Below, in pieces: positions 1-9,350 of a stretch of DNA of 20,000 nt. Within the stretch, counting starts at the first letter, position 1, and every line of letters begins with the position of its first letter. The translations under genes were made by a program, and so were the position numbers. The notes below the pieces were generated by a model. That model saw only the letters and a program-made list of their open reading frames with translations, was not told where the DNA came from and made no database searches. The stretch comes from Myxococcota bacterium. Lineage in GTDB: Bacteria; Myxococcota_C; UBA6777. The DNA is taken from positions 50,920 through 70,919 of the forward strand of contig JAKLKB010000015.1 in NCBI GenBank assembly GCA_023150835.1, read 5' to 3'.

Positions 1-19
1 CCCAACCACCAACCCCACG

Positions 20-134
20 CACAACAGCCCAAGGCATCGGCCCTGTGCGATAGGCTTTGTTGTGAAGCGATCCGCGATCCATGCACACAACAGCCCAAGG
101 CATCGAGCCAACAAGCCGATGCGCACAACAGCCC
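20..134. repeat. Short intergenic direct/inverted repeat cluster
   Basis: CACAACAGCCCAAGGCATCG is exact at 20-39 and 86-105. Its first 11 nt recur at 124-134, and an imperfect inverted copy (GGCTTTGTTGTG) lies at 53-64. Located downstream of the transglutaminase gene at the window edge. Confidence 0.6.
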
Positions 135-204
135 GAAGAGGCGCACCTAAGCGGGCGTAGTATCGGCTCACGTCGTATCTTTTCAAACGCATGACTCTGT
201 CCTC

Positions 205-2724
205 TCAAGAAACAGCAGGAGACGGTGTGGTGCGGCGCTTCTTTTCGGCCCTTTTTTCGGCCTTCTTGGCGGCTCGTCTTGCTTGAGCGTCTTTCCAGCG
301 AACCCAAAAAGCCGGTGGCAAGACACGCCAGCGATCAAATAGATGCAAGCACCAAGAAACAGGGTCCAAAAAGCCGAAGACTTGGCGATACCAAGCAAAG
401 GTCTTGGAGATCTGAACCTGACAAGCCAACAGATCGTGCGCGTTGACTTTGGGCGGAAGCCGCGAACCCAAGCGCAAAGCTGAAAGCTGCTCAACAATCG
501 GTCGCAGCGCAGGGATCGTCTGTTGAAAACGATCCGCAAACACCTCAAGCGACTCGCCCACAGGACGCCGCATCCCCATCTCACAAAACCGATCTTCGAG
601 CGACATCAAAAACCAGCGCAAACGGCGCTCACCACCCGCGATCGCAAACCAAAAAGCCACACGTCGCCCAAACTTCAAGGCATACAAACTCAAGATCAAC
701 GCCCACAAGAAAGGGAACAGATTGATCCGCAACGGTTCTCGACGCCGCAAGATCGGATCGATCTCCTCTTTAGGATTTTTGATCGCCCCGATCTTCGGGG
801 GGGGTGGAGGCGTGTTGCGCGAAAGCTTTGCAAGGGTCTGGCGAAGCTGTGGATCGGGCGGTGGTTGGCGCTGTTCGCGCAGTGCTTGGGGAGAAGGATC
901 CATCGGAACCCAACCGATCCCCTCGAAGTAAAGTTCTGGCCATGCGTGGGCCTCGTTGTCCCGAATCAACAAGCTCGAAGTCGAGCCTCGGTTGTCATCG
1001 GGCGTTGCGTAGCCTTCGCCGATACGGGCAGGGATCCCCGCAAGCCGCATCAAAAACACCGAAGCATGGGACAGATGCACACAATACCCGATACGACTGC
1101 GGAACAAAAAGTGACGCACAGGATCTTGCTTGGCCGTAAGCTCCTCGTAGCGCGGATCAGGAAAGGAAACCTTCTTTGCGCTGGGATGATCGCGCAGGAA
1201 ATCCGTCCACGGATTGCCTTTTTCCATCCGCTCGCGGTGTTTGTCCCACAGCCCCTTGATCCGCTCTTGCGAAGGCGGGCGCAGCGAATACAACGTGTGC
1301 TTGTCCAGCCACATCTTGATCAAAAAAGCCTTGGCCGTCAGGTTGTTGGCATGTTTTCCAGAAAGCGGACTCAATATCTCCGCCAGCAGATCTTTGTAAG
1401 ACTGATCTTGCGGTCCAGCCGTATAATGCTGCCACAGATCCTTGCTCCAACGCGGATTCCCCACCTTGAGCGTCAATGCATACTCCCCATCATAGGCCAT
1501 CGAGTCGACTTCATAAGCGCGCACAAACACCCGTGGATTGGGGTTTGCGATCCCTTGAAAACTGGTCGGATCCAACAAGCCGAAGGGATGGGTATGTTCG
1601 CGCAACAACGACACTCGCGTCCGTACACGCTTGCGGTCTCCTCGAAGCTGCGGTAGCGGCTTGCCATCCTTCCCCTGCTGTGAGCTTCCTCGGGCTGCAT
1701 ACAGATGCTCCATCACCCCTTCGTTCGGGAAAAAAGACATCGTATCGTTGTGGATCTCTTTGTGCGAACCTTTCTCCATCCGCAAGCCGTTGTAAAAAGT
1801 CAAGGCTTTTTGGCGGAAGTACAGGATCTTGCGCTTGGGACGGTAATCATCCCGAAACACCACCACCGCCACAGGCTCAGGCTGCGGCTGTTGCTGGTTT
1901 TGTGGAGGGGGCGGATCAAATGGCATCTCGTCTTGCTGTTTTTTGCGCTGCTGTTCTTGCTCTTTCTTCTTGCCTTGCTTGTCGTCGCCTTTGCCTTGCA
2001 GTCGATTCACAAGCTTGTCCAGCTTCGCCGCTCCGACCCCCGACAAGAACCACAGCACCGACGAGATCAAGAACAACACCAACACCGCAACCCCCACGAT
2101 CTGTCGGCGCTGTCGCACCCGAATCAGTCCCAGCACCATCAAGATCGCAGCCCCCACCCCGATCAACAACAGATACAAGATCGGATCTTCGCCTCGCTCC
2201 AAAGCCCAATCCACAAGGTATTGTGGTCGGTGGATGCTGTTGTCACGGTGCGAAGCAAACAACGAAGCCGCCCCAAACAACGGCAACATCAACTCGACAC
2301 TCACCCATGCTGGAAAGCGCACCGCCAAAGCACGCAATCCACCAAGCAGCGCAAGCGCTCCTCCCCCCCACCAACAGATATCCGCCGCACGCAGGGCCAT
2401 CCCAGCCCCCAACAGCTCGACCAACCACGACCACGCACCGAACGCAAACGAAAGCCCCGCGCACACCAACCCGCCCACAACGATCCACGCGTACAACATC
2501 CATGCACGCAACCTCGTGCGCGCCAGCCATTCCCCCACATACACGCCCCCGATCGCCCCCAACACCCCTGCGATCACTCCCACGCCCGTCGTGAGGCCCC
2601 ATCCAAACGCAAGCATCGACAACGCCATCAACAACGCCCGCAACGTCACGCCAAAACGCCGCAAGAGACTTTGCCCGTCTTCTTTGCTGACTTCTTCGAT
2701 CCGTACGGCTTGTTCGATCTGCAT
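205..2724 (-). CDS. Membrane-anchored transglutaminase-like domain protein (TgpA-like)
   Basis: 839 aa. About 7 N-terminal hydrophobic segments. Transglutaminase-like catalytic triad motifs GYCVHLSHA (Cys), AHAWPELY (His) and GWVPMDP (Asp). A C-terminal TM is followed by a DUF4129-like GMRRPVGESLEVFADR. Third gene after MoxR and DUF58. Confidence 0.88.
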   Translation of the reverse strand: MQIEQAVRIEEVSKEDGQSLLRRFGVTLRALLMALSMLAFGWGLTTGVGVIAGVLGAIGGVYVGEWLARTRLRAWMLYAWIVVGGLVCAGLSFAFGAWSWLVELLGAGMALRAADICWWGGGALALLGGLRALAVRFPAWVSVELMLPLFGAASLFASHRDNSIHRPQYLVDWALERGEDPILYLLLIGVGAAILMVLGLIRVRQRRQIVGVAVLVLFLISSVLWFLSGVGAAKLDKLVNRLQGKGDDKQGKKKEQEQQRKKQQDEMPFDPPPPQNQQQPQPEPVAVVVFRDDYRPKRKILYFRQKALTFYNGLRMEKGSHKEIHNDTMSFFPNEGVMEHLYAARGSSQQGKDGKPLPQLRGDRKRVRTRVSLLREHTHPFGLLDPTSFQGIANPNPRVFVRAYEVDSMAYDGEYALTLKVGNPRWSKDLWQHYTAGPQDQSYKDLLAEILSPLSGKHANNLTAKAFLIKMWLDKHTLYSLRPPSQERIKGLWDKHRERMEKGNPWTDFLRDHPSAKKVSFPDPRYEELTAKQDPVRHFLFRSRIGYCVHLSHASVFLMRLAGIPARIGEGYATPDDNRGSTSSLLIRDNEAHAWPELYFEGIGWVPMDPSPQALREQRQPPPDPQLRQTLAKLSRNTPPPPPKIGAIKNPKEEIDPILRRREPLRINLFPFLWALILSLYALKFGRRVAFWFAIAGGERRLRWFLMSLEDRFCEMGMRRPVGESLEVFADRFQQTIPALRPIVEQLSALRLGSRLPPKVNAHDLLACQVQISKTFAWYRQVFGFLDPVSWCLHLFDRWRVLPPAFWVRWKDAQARRAAKKAEKRAEKKRRTTPSPAVS

Positions 2725-2805
2725 CTCTTCGATCCTCTCTCTTCTCTTTCCCGTGTTGACCCGAATTGTCGGCTTGGATGGTGTGAGGGTTATGGACGAC
2801 TGCGG

Positions 2806-4170
2806 TCAAGACCAAGACAGACTTTCACCAAAGTTCCGTGCCTCGTAGTGGCTGCGTTGGGGTCGTGCAGCAAAACGCAACTCCATCCCATGTTGGCCGA
2901 TCTGCCGCAGTTCTTCGAGAAGAGAGGGCTGCGGTGACTCTTCTTCGCCTTTTGGCAACAAAAAGAAACGCCACCAACGCGGCTCGCTTGGGGGGGGCGC
3001 GCTTGTATCCAAAGCAACGTCTTCATCCAGTTCTCGATTGTCCGCAACAATCAAACTGCACCGCGCAGGATGACGCTTGAGTGTGTCTCGAACCTGCGGC
3101 AACCAGCGCCATACGCTCGCCGACGCAAACAACAACAACTGGTGGCGCTCTGGATCGAATTGTACAGACTCCAAAAAGCCCTCTAGGCCCCGACCCTGCG
3201 CCTCCATCGCCGTCCCCGATCGCGCCAAGATCTCGCGGCCCGTCGCCAAATCTTCTTTTGCGATCAAAGAACTCCCATCCGCCCCCAAAGACCACCCGTG
3301 CCCAAGCGCACCACTTTCCATCGACCAACGGGCGATCTCCGATGCGTACTCATCGAACGGATCGCAGATCAGATAGGCCAGTAATTTGAGATCGTAGTCT
3401 CTTGAAGGCTCTTGTATCCGCACGATCAACTGTTGCGAACGCGCAAACAGCTTCCAATGGATGTGGCGTATCGGATCACCCGGCATATACGCCCGTGTGT
3501 CTACAAGATCCCCGTGACGTGGGCTGCTTGGAACATAATGGCCTTCGCCATCCGACATCGAACGCAAGGGAGTTGTCAAAAAGCTCGATACTCTAGGAAG
3601 AACTTGTACCGATCGTTGTTCCTCCCGCTCCCACCGCACTTCTGATAAACTAAAAAAATCACGCACCACAAATGCCCGAACGATCCGCTCTGCCGACCAC
3701 CGCCGCTGAAAGCGAACAAACTCTTCCATCCCCCGAAAGTGCGTCTCTAACGTCACTTCGGCCTTGGGTTCTAACCAGATCACCCGAAAGTCCACAAATG
3801 GCATCTGCCACGCGGGCAGCCGTAGCCCCGTTTCTACGGCCTCTCCAACCACACCCTGCAACGGGGTCGTTGCGATGGACGTTGCAGACAGCGCACGCAT
3901 CCGCCATCCCACCCACAAAGACGTCCCCACCACCAACACCACCCCCAAAACCACCAAACAAAGCGCAATCGCCCCAAGCACCAACAAGATCCAATCTTTT
4001 TGACGCAGGCCGTACCCCCACAAAAACAACACACCAAACACGGCCATCCCCATCCCTCGGCGGCTAAGAGGAAAAAGCAACCACACACGGCGCAAGAAAC
4101 GACCGATCTTTCGCCAGAATCCGCGTTTCTCTTTTGTACTCGTCTCTTGAGGCTGCAATTCAATCCCCAC
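2806..4170 (-). CDS. DUF58 domain-containing protein
   Basis: Motif DLVDTRAYMPGDPIRHIHWKLFARSQQLIVR matches the DUF58 signature (R.Y.PGD..R.I.WK..AR). Two N-terminal TM helices. Start placed at in-frame GTG 4170, 7 nt after AAGGAG; the ORF track start 4335 would overlap moxR. Confidence 0.87.
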   Translation of the reverse strand: MGIELQPQETSTKEKRGFWRKIGRFLRRVWLLFPLSRRGMGMAVFGVLFLWGYGLRQKDWILLVLGAIALCLVVLGVVLVVGTSLWVGWRMRALSATSIATTPLQGVVGEAVETGLRLPAWQMPFVDFRVIWLEPKAEVTLETHFRGMEEFVRFQRRWSAERIVRAFVVRDFFSLSEVRWEREEQRSVQVLPRVSSFLTTPLRSMSDGEGHYVPSSPRHGDLVDTRAYMPGDPIRHIHWKLFARSQQLIVRIQEPSRDYDLKLLAYLICDPFDEYASEIARWSMESGALGHGWSLGADGSSLIAKEDLATGREILARSGTAMEAQGRGLEGFLESVQFDPERHQLLLFASASVWRWLPQVRDTLKRHPARCSLIVADNRELDEDVALDTSAPPPSEPRWWRFFLLPKGEEESPQPSLLEELRQIGQHGMELRFAARPQRSHYEARNFGESLSWS

Positions 4171-4222
4171 GCGCAATCTCCTTTTCGTTGTGGTCGCGAT
4201 GGTGTCGATGGGATGGGCTGGA

Positions 4223-5320
4223 TCAGCGTTGGGGAGAGCGCGCAGGAGGCGCGATCGATGCACCGCCGTTGCGCAGGCTTTGCACCAGCCGCTCCAACGG
4301 GGCGCGTGATGTTTCACGGAACAACACTTCTGCATTCGGACTGCCGGGCGCTCGCTCCATACGATGGCAAAATAGATACGGCCCTAACTTTTGCACATCC
4401 TCGGGACTCACATAATCCCGACCGTGTATAGCTGCTCGCGCTTGCAAGGCTGGCAACGCCAACACCAAGCTCCGTGTCGAGATCCCCTGCAACACCCGAC
4501 GATCTCGACGGATCTCTTGGGCGAGATCCACCAAAGCTTCGCGGATCGGCATCGAGACCTGCACACCACGGGCGATCGCCTTGCGGCAAGACAAGATATC
4601 CTCACGCGAAACGGGATCCAAAGTCGGGCGTGCGATCCGCGCATTTTTTAGTTGCAAAGCCAGCACTTCCATCTCGGACTCTCGATCGATGTAGTTCATC
4701 GGGATCTTGAACAAAAAACGATCGAGCTGTGGTGTCGGCAACGGATAGGTTCCCGTGACGTCCAACGGGTTTTGCGTGGCGATCACAAAAAACAAATCAT
4801 CCAACGGATACAAACGCCCATCCGCTGTCACTTGTTTCTCACCCATCGCTTCCAACATCGCGGCTTGGACTTTGGGCGGAGTTCGGTTGATCTCGTCCGC
4901 AAGCAAAAGGTGCGTAAACACAGGTCCCGGATTGAACGAAAAAGTTCCTGTTTGCGGTTGAAACACCGAAACACCCGTGATATCCGAAGGCAATAGATCT
5001 GGCGTAAACTGTATCCGCCGAAACGTAGGAAACTCCGTCTTTTCGCTCTGGATCGAACGCCCCAACGCTTTCGCCAAAGTCGTTTTTCCACTCCCTGGAT
5101 AATCCTCTAACAGCACATGGCCATCCGCCAACAACGCCACCAACACCAACTCGATCACGTCATCGCGCCCCAAGATCGCCTGACGAAGATGCGCCCCGAT
5201 CCCGCCAAATACCCGCCGCGTCAACTCCAACATCAAACGCAATTCTTCGGCACTTGCTTGTCCTGTGGATTCGTTTTGACCCCACGAAAACGACGCGCCG
5301 CTTGCGTAGCCCATCTCCAT
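4223..5320 (-). CDS. moxR: MoxR family AAA+ ATPase
   Basis: GHVLLEDYPGSGKT (Walker A), FRRIQFTPDLLPSDITG, LLLADEINR (Walker B), ATQNP, GTYPLP.PQLDRF. Start placed at ATG 5320 (MEMGY, purine-rich upstream); the ORF extends to 5401. Confidence 0.93.
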   Translation of the reverse strand: MEMGYASGASFSWGQNESTGQASAEELRLMLELTRRVFGGIGAHLRQAILGRDDVIELVLVALLADGHVLLEDYPGSGKTTLAKALGRSIQSEKTEFPTFRRIQFTPDLLPSDITGVSVFQPQTGTFSFNPGPVFTHLLLADEINRTPPKVQAAMLEAMGEKQVTADGRLYPLDDLFFVIATQNPLDVTGTYPLPTPQLDRFLFKIPMNYIDRESEMEVLALQLKNARIARPTLDPVSREDILSCRKAIARGVQVSMPIREALVDLAQEIRRDRRVLQGISTRSLVLALPALQARAAIHGRDYVSPEDVQKLGPYLFCHRMERAPGSPNAEVLFRETSRAPLERLVQSLRNGGASIAPPARSPQR

Positions 5321-5647
5321 GCTCTGCGCCTTTCTTCTTTCGAAGCCTCTTGTGTTCGAGCGTATCGCATCGGGTGGCTCGATTCGACCATCACCCCGCA
5401 CTACGCTCCGCCTTCATCCCGCCCAATATCGCCTTCTGCTCCCACCTCGTCAACTCTGCTCCACCAAAAGCCGTGATACGATATCCAAGTGATGCGTACA
5501 CAAAGAATAGCGCACAGACGCCCTTATGGTTGGGCAGTGGCTGCCCCTACGTCTTTACGATAGAACGATGGGCGGATTTCGTATGAGGTGGTTTTCAAGC
5601 GACGCAAACGCGGCTTTTTTGGCTCACGGCGTCACTCCGAACCACCC

Positions 5648-7870
5648 TTACGTCGCGGAGGTCGGCACGTGGCCGTGACGTTCTTTGAGATCGACAAAAA
5701 GCTGCTCACACCGCAAGAACGCATCCACCACCACAGGATCAAAGTGTTTTGCATATTCGCGCAACAACATCCCCTTGGCCTCCTCGTGCGTAAAAGCACG
5801 CGGACGGTACACACGCACCGATGTCACGGCATCATAAACATCTGCAACCGTCACGATCCGCGCTGCAAGCGGGATATCGTCACCACGCAAACCTTGCGGA
5901 TACCCTTTGCCATCGAAACGCTCGTGATGACACAAGGCGATCAATTGCGCCATCTTCAAAAAGTCCACTCCTTCGAGGACTTCTGCACCGATGGTCGTGT
6001 GCGTCTTCATGATCTCGTACTCTTCCTCCGACAAACGCCCCCCCTTCAACAAGATATGATCTTCGATCCCGACTTTTCCGATATCATGCAACGGACTCGA
6101 ATCGAAGATCTCCCGAATAAACAAGTCATCCACTTGTTTTTGATATGGCGAATATGGAGCCGCCAGATCTTCCGCAAGCACCCGACTATAATGGCTGATC
6201 CGCCGAAGGTGCGCTCCCGTCTCATCGTCCCGTTTTTCCGCAAGCTGCGCCAGTTTTGACATCGCCACTAGCTGCGTGCGTTGCCGATCCAAAAACTCCC
6301 GAACGATGCTGATCTGAAATCCCAGCGTCACCGAATAAGACATCAAGATCGCCGCATCTGTCCGTTGCACAGGACGGCCATAATTAAACAACACCAAACG
6401 ACCAATACTCCCCGTCATCGCATGTAACGGGCAGCACACAAAGTTGGCGATATGACCCCCCAAAATCCGCAATAACTCTTGGGGGGGAGGCGGAAGCTGC
6501 GAAAGATGCAAGTCCGAAGGCAACCCGATCTGATTGAAGATCACCCCTCCTGAACGTGCCGGAAACAGAATCGAAAGCTCTGGACCCGGAATTAGCGGAG
6601 CCATCACCACCACTCGCTGCATCGCATCACGCCCAAAAACCGTCACACGCAGCCGCGTCCCTTCTTCGCGCAACACCAACGCATACGGCGGCAATCGATC
6701 CCCTGCACGCCGCGACAACATCCGATCCAACGTCCGACGAAACAACTCTAACTCTCGCGGTTCTTCCATCCGAAAATCCAGCAATAGCTGCTCATTAAAT
6801 TGCGCGATCTCGATGTGCTGTTGAAAAGATTCCCGTAGCTCCGCTTCTGCCAAGCGTGCGCCCAACATATAACCCACTTTTTGCGCGATCAGCGCCAGAA
6901 GATCCTTCTCCAATCCCTGCAAGGTCTCAGGATTCAAAAAGTACATCCCCAGCACGCCCAAAAATTGTTGGTGGCTGTCACGGATCGGCTGCCCCCAAAA
7001 TGTGACGTCCCGCATCATCAACTCGGGATAATGACGAGCCACTTCTTCCGCTTCCATCGTCACCACACGCTGCTTTTGCTGCACCTGCATCTCTGGCTCG
7101 TTCGCCCCCCATTCAAGGGCTTTGTAGCCTGCTGCCGCACTCAATCGCAGACCCGACGAAAACACGCTGATCCGCAAAGCTTCCACACCCAAGATCTTGC
7201 GCAAACGTTGACACAAAGTATTCAAAAAGCCCTCGGTGTCTGTGTTTGGCACGATGCTCACATCATAAAGCTCGGAGATGACGCGGTTTTGATATTCAAG
7301 CTGGCGGTTTCGCGTGTGCAACTCTTGCGCAAGACGCTTGTTTTGAACGCGCAAGCGGCTCTGTTCCGCCACCCGATCCAATGTCAACGAAAGATCCGAC
7401 ATTGTAGATGTCTTCAACAAATAGCCCGAAGCACCCCATTTGACCGCCTCGATCGCACGTTCCTCTGTCGAATAGCCCGTCAAGATCACCACCGCTTGCT
7501 CGCTGTCACGTGCGCGGATCTTTTGCAACAACGACAGTCCGTCCACCTCGGGCATCAACAGATCACTCACCACCACATCGCACCACGCTTCATCCAACCA
7601 TTCCAGCGCTTCCATCGCGCTTTGCGCGACGTGGACCTCCCACCCCTTGCGCCGCAAATAACGTCCCCATGGCTCCATCACATCGCGATCATCGTCCACC
7701 AACAACACGCGATAAGGCCCCTCATACATCGCACGATGCTCGACCGTCACCGACCGACTTGACACGACTACTTCGGAAAGCTCGCCGCTTGACGGCAACA
7801 CCTCCAAAGAAACGGACTCTGCTCTCTTTTCGCTCACCCGATCCTCTTCCGTCTGTGATGTCTTTAGCAT
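5648..7870 (-). CDS. Response regulator receiver + GAF(s) + HD-GYP cyclic dinucleotide phosphodiesterase
   Basis: REC motifs VLLVDDD, VVSDLLMPEVDG, ILTG, YLLK, then a coiled coil. GAF-like segments FWGQPIRDSHQQFLGVLGMY and FVCCPLHAMTGSIGRLVLFN. HD-GYP motifs LHDIGKVGI, HHERFDGKGYP, VADVYDA. ATG 7870 follows GGGGAG. Confidence 0.92.
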   Translation of the reverse strand: MLKTSQTEEDRVSEKRAESVSLEVLPSSGELSEVVVSSRSVTVEHRAMYEGPYRVLLVDDDRDVMEPWGRYLRRKGWEVHVAQSAMEALEWLDEAWCDVVVSDLLMPEVDGLSLLQKIRARDSEQAVVILTGYSTEERAIEAVKWGASGYLLKTSTMSDLSLTLDRVAEQSRLRVQNKRLAQELHTRNRQLEYQNRVISELYDVSIVPNTDTEGFLNTLCQRLRKILGVEALRISVFSSGLRLSAAAGYKALEWGANEPEMQVQQKQRVVTMEAEEVARHYPELMMRDVTFWGQPIRDSHQQFLGVLGMYFLNPETLQGLEKDLLALIAQKVGYMLGARLAEAELRESFQQHIEIAQFNEQLLLDFRMEEPRELELFRRTLDRMLSRRAGDRLPPYALVLREEGTRLRVTVFGRDAMQRVVVMAPLIPGPELSILFPARSGGVIFNQIGLPSDLHLSQLPPPPQELLRILGGHIANFVCCPLHAMTGSIGRLVLFNYGRPVQRTDAAILMSYSVTLGFQISIVREFLDRQRTQLVAMSKLAQLAEKRDDETGAHLRRISHYSRVLAEDLAAPYSPYQKQVDDLFIREIFDSSPLHDIGKVGIEDHILLKGGRLSEEEYEIMKTHTTIGAEVLEGVDFLKMAQLIALCHHERFDGKGYPQGLRGDDIPLAARIVTVADVYDAVTSVRVYRPRAFTHEEAKGMLLREYAKHFDPVVVDAFLRCEQLFVDLKERHGHVPTSAT

Positions 7871-7932
7871 CGCCACTCCCCATCACTCGTTTGCAAAAGC
7901 CTCTTTTTCGATCCAATAGGCGTTACACATTC

Positions 7933-8069
7933 GATAAGTTTTGTGGGGCTTTGCCCCATACCCCACAAGGGAACCCTGCTCCCTTGACCCCGTATCAGCG
8001 GGACAAACAGACGTTTTTCAAACAAACAACAGCTCCGCTTGATGTACCACGAACACGGGGGGGCTTATC
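7933..8069 (+). repeat. Dispersed multi-hairpin non-coding repeat, copy 1 (MITE/REP-like or structured ncRNA)
   Basis: Core 7942-8059 aligns without gaps to 18344-18461 (+) and 18872-18989 (-). Hairpins TGTGGGGC-TTT-GCCCCATA and AAGGGA...TCCCTT. Flanked by GATAAGTT/GGCTTATC. Confidence 0.85.
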
Positions 8070-8146
8070 AACAATTCGCTCCTAGGACAACAAAGAAAGT
8101 CGAAACAACAGTACGACAACTGCTTACAAAAACACAAGATGCCACC

Positions 8147-9349
8147 TCAGCAAAGATCGACCGCTCGCTGCGCCGCGACGTAACGATCCAAACGGGCGTA
8201 GTCTTGGCCGAGCACGATGCTTTGATAGGCTTTATCGCTTCCAAACAGCGACAACGCCGCCTGCCCCTGTTGAGAACCGATCTCCACCAACAACCACCCC
8301 TGCGGCTTCAAAAACCTCGGAGCTTCCCGCACGATCCGACGCACGATGTCCAAACCATCCTCTCCAGCCTCCAGCGCCAAATGCGGCTCATAATCACGCA
8401 CCTCACGTTGAAGGCCCGCCATCTCATCCCTTCGGATGTACGGCGGGTTTGACACGATTAGATCAAAAGACTGCCCTTCCACCGACGACCACAGATCCCC
8501 TTCGACAAGACGGATCCGCTGCGAAAAGCCCAAGGCTTCGATGTTTTTGCGCGCAACCTCCAAGGCTCCAACCGAGATATCCGAAGCCCACACCGTCGCC
8601 CTCGGAAACTCGCTCGCCAACGCACACGCCAACGCACCCGAACCCGTACACAAATCCAAAAACCGCCATTCTTTCAACCGAACACGACTCTCTTTTTCCT
8701 TTGATGATTCGATTTGCTCCGACGCTTCGGCTTGTTCGATGCCTGCGTTTTCGTCCGATGCTTCGGCTTGTTCGATGCCTGCGTTTTCGTCCGATGCTTC
8801 GGCTTGTTCGATGCCTGCGTTTTCGTCCGATGCTTCGGCTTGTTCGATGCCTGCGTTTTCGTCCGATGCTTCGGCCTGTTCGGCGGTGTTTGTGTGGGAA
8901 GCTTCTTTTGATCGTGCCGAAAGATCAGGCTGTTGCTCGTTCCAACGCAAGACCTTTTTGGGGCGGGTTGATGTGAAAGCCTCGGAAAATTCGATCTCTC
9001 CAGACACAGAAGCCCGAAGGCGGCGACAAGCTTCTTCGACAAGGCACTCTGTTTCGGGGCGAGGGATCAAAACACGAGGATCGACGGCGAATGTCAGCGA
9101 CCAAAACTCTTGGGTTCCCAAGATGTATTGGGTGGGTTCGCGGCTGGTTCGACGTTTTAAAAGGGCCTTGTATCCGGCCAATTCTTCTGCGGTAAGGGGT
9201 TTCTGATATCGTAGATACAAGTCGACCCGCGACATCGCCAACGAATGCCCCAACAACAGTTCTGCGGTACGTTTTGGAGCGTCGATCTCGTTCTTTTTCA
9301 GGTAGGTAGCGCTCCACTCCAACACCTTCCCAACGGTCCAATCCAACAT
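8147..9349 (-). CDS. prmC: Peptide chain release factor N5-glutamine methyltransferase, with a large repeat insertion
   Basis: REPTQYILG.QEFWS, VLIPRPETECLVE, LDLCTGSG, DLIVSNPPYI, EP.LAL.AGEDGLD, EIG..QG. Lies 1 nt downstream of the prfA stop. Confidence 0.95.
   Translation of the reverse strand: MLDWTVGKVLEWSATYLKKNEIDAPKRTAELLLGHSLAMSRVDLYLRYQKPLTAEELAGYKALLKRRTSREPTQYILGTQEFWSLTFAVDPRVLIPRPETECLVEEACRRLRASVSGEIEFSEAFTSTRPKKVLRWNEQQPDLSARSKEASHTNTAEQAEASDENAGIEQAEASDENAGIEQAEASDENAGIEQAEASDENAGIEQAEASEQIESSKEKESRVRLKEWRFLDLCTGSGALACALASEFPRATVWASDISVGALEVARKNIEALGFSQRIRLVEGDLWSSVEGQSFDLIVSNPPYIRRDEMAGLQREVRDYEPHLALEAGEDGLDIVRRIVREAPRFLKPQGWLLVEIGSQQGQAALSLFGSDKAYQSIVLGQDYARLDRYVAAQRAVDLC
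8718..8882. repeat. 36-bp in-frame tandem repeat (about 4.6 copies) inside prmC
   Basis: Unit TCCGATGCTTCGGCTTGTTCGATGCCTGCGTTTTCG starting at 8718, 8754, 8790, 8826 and 8862 (partial). Encodes (EQAEASDENAGI)n. Confidence 0.97.
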
Positions 9350-9350
9350 C

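Noticed and set aside
20-134. CRISPR interpretation of the 66-bp-spaced 20-mer
   Set aside because: Only two full copies, the repeat is too short, and the spacing to the third copy is irregular.
523-2937. Long plus-strand ORFs (523-1656, 1476-2594, 1705-2937, 1943-2848)
   Set aside because: Antisense shadows of the well-supported transglutaminase gene in GC-rich DNA; no recognisable motifs. The same applies to 6881-7762, 9453-10472, 12890-13801, 14441-15280 and 17455-18297.
5587-5646. Imperfect hairpin (GGTGGTT/AACCACC, GACGC/GCGTC) after the HD-GYP stop as a terminator
   Set aside because: Long interrupted stem with no U-tract on the minus strand; not supportable as an intrinsic terminator.
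8718-8882. 36-bp repeats as a CRISPR array
   Set aside because: Units are contiguous with no spacers and lie in frame within prmC; no cas genes in the window. The 48-bp and 33-bp repeats are rejected likewise.
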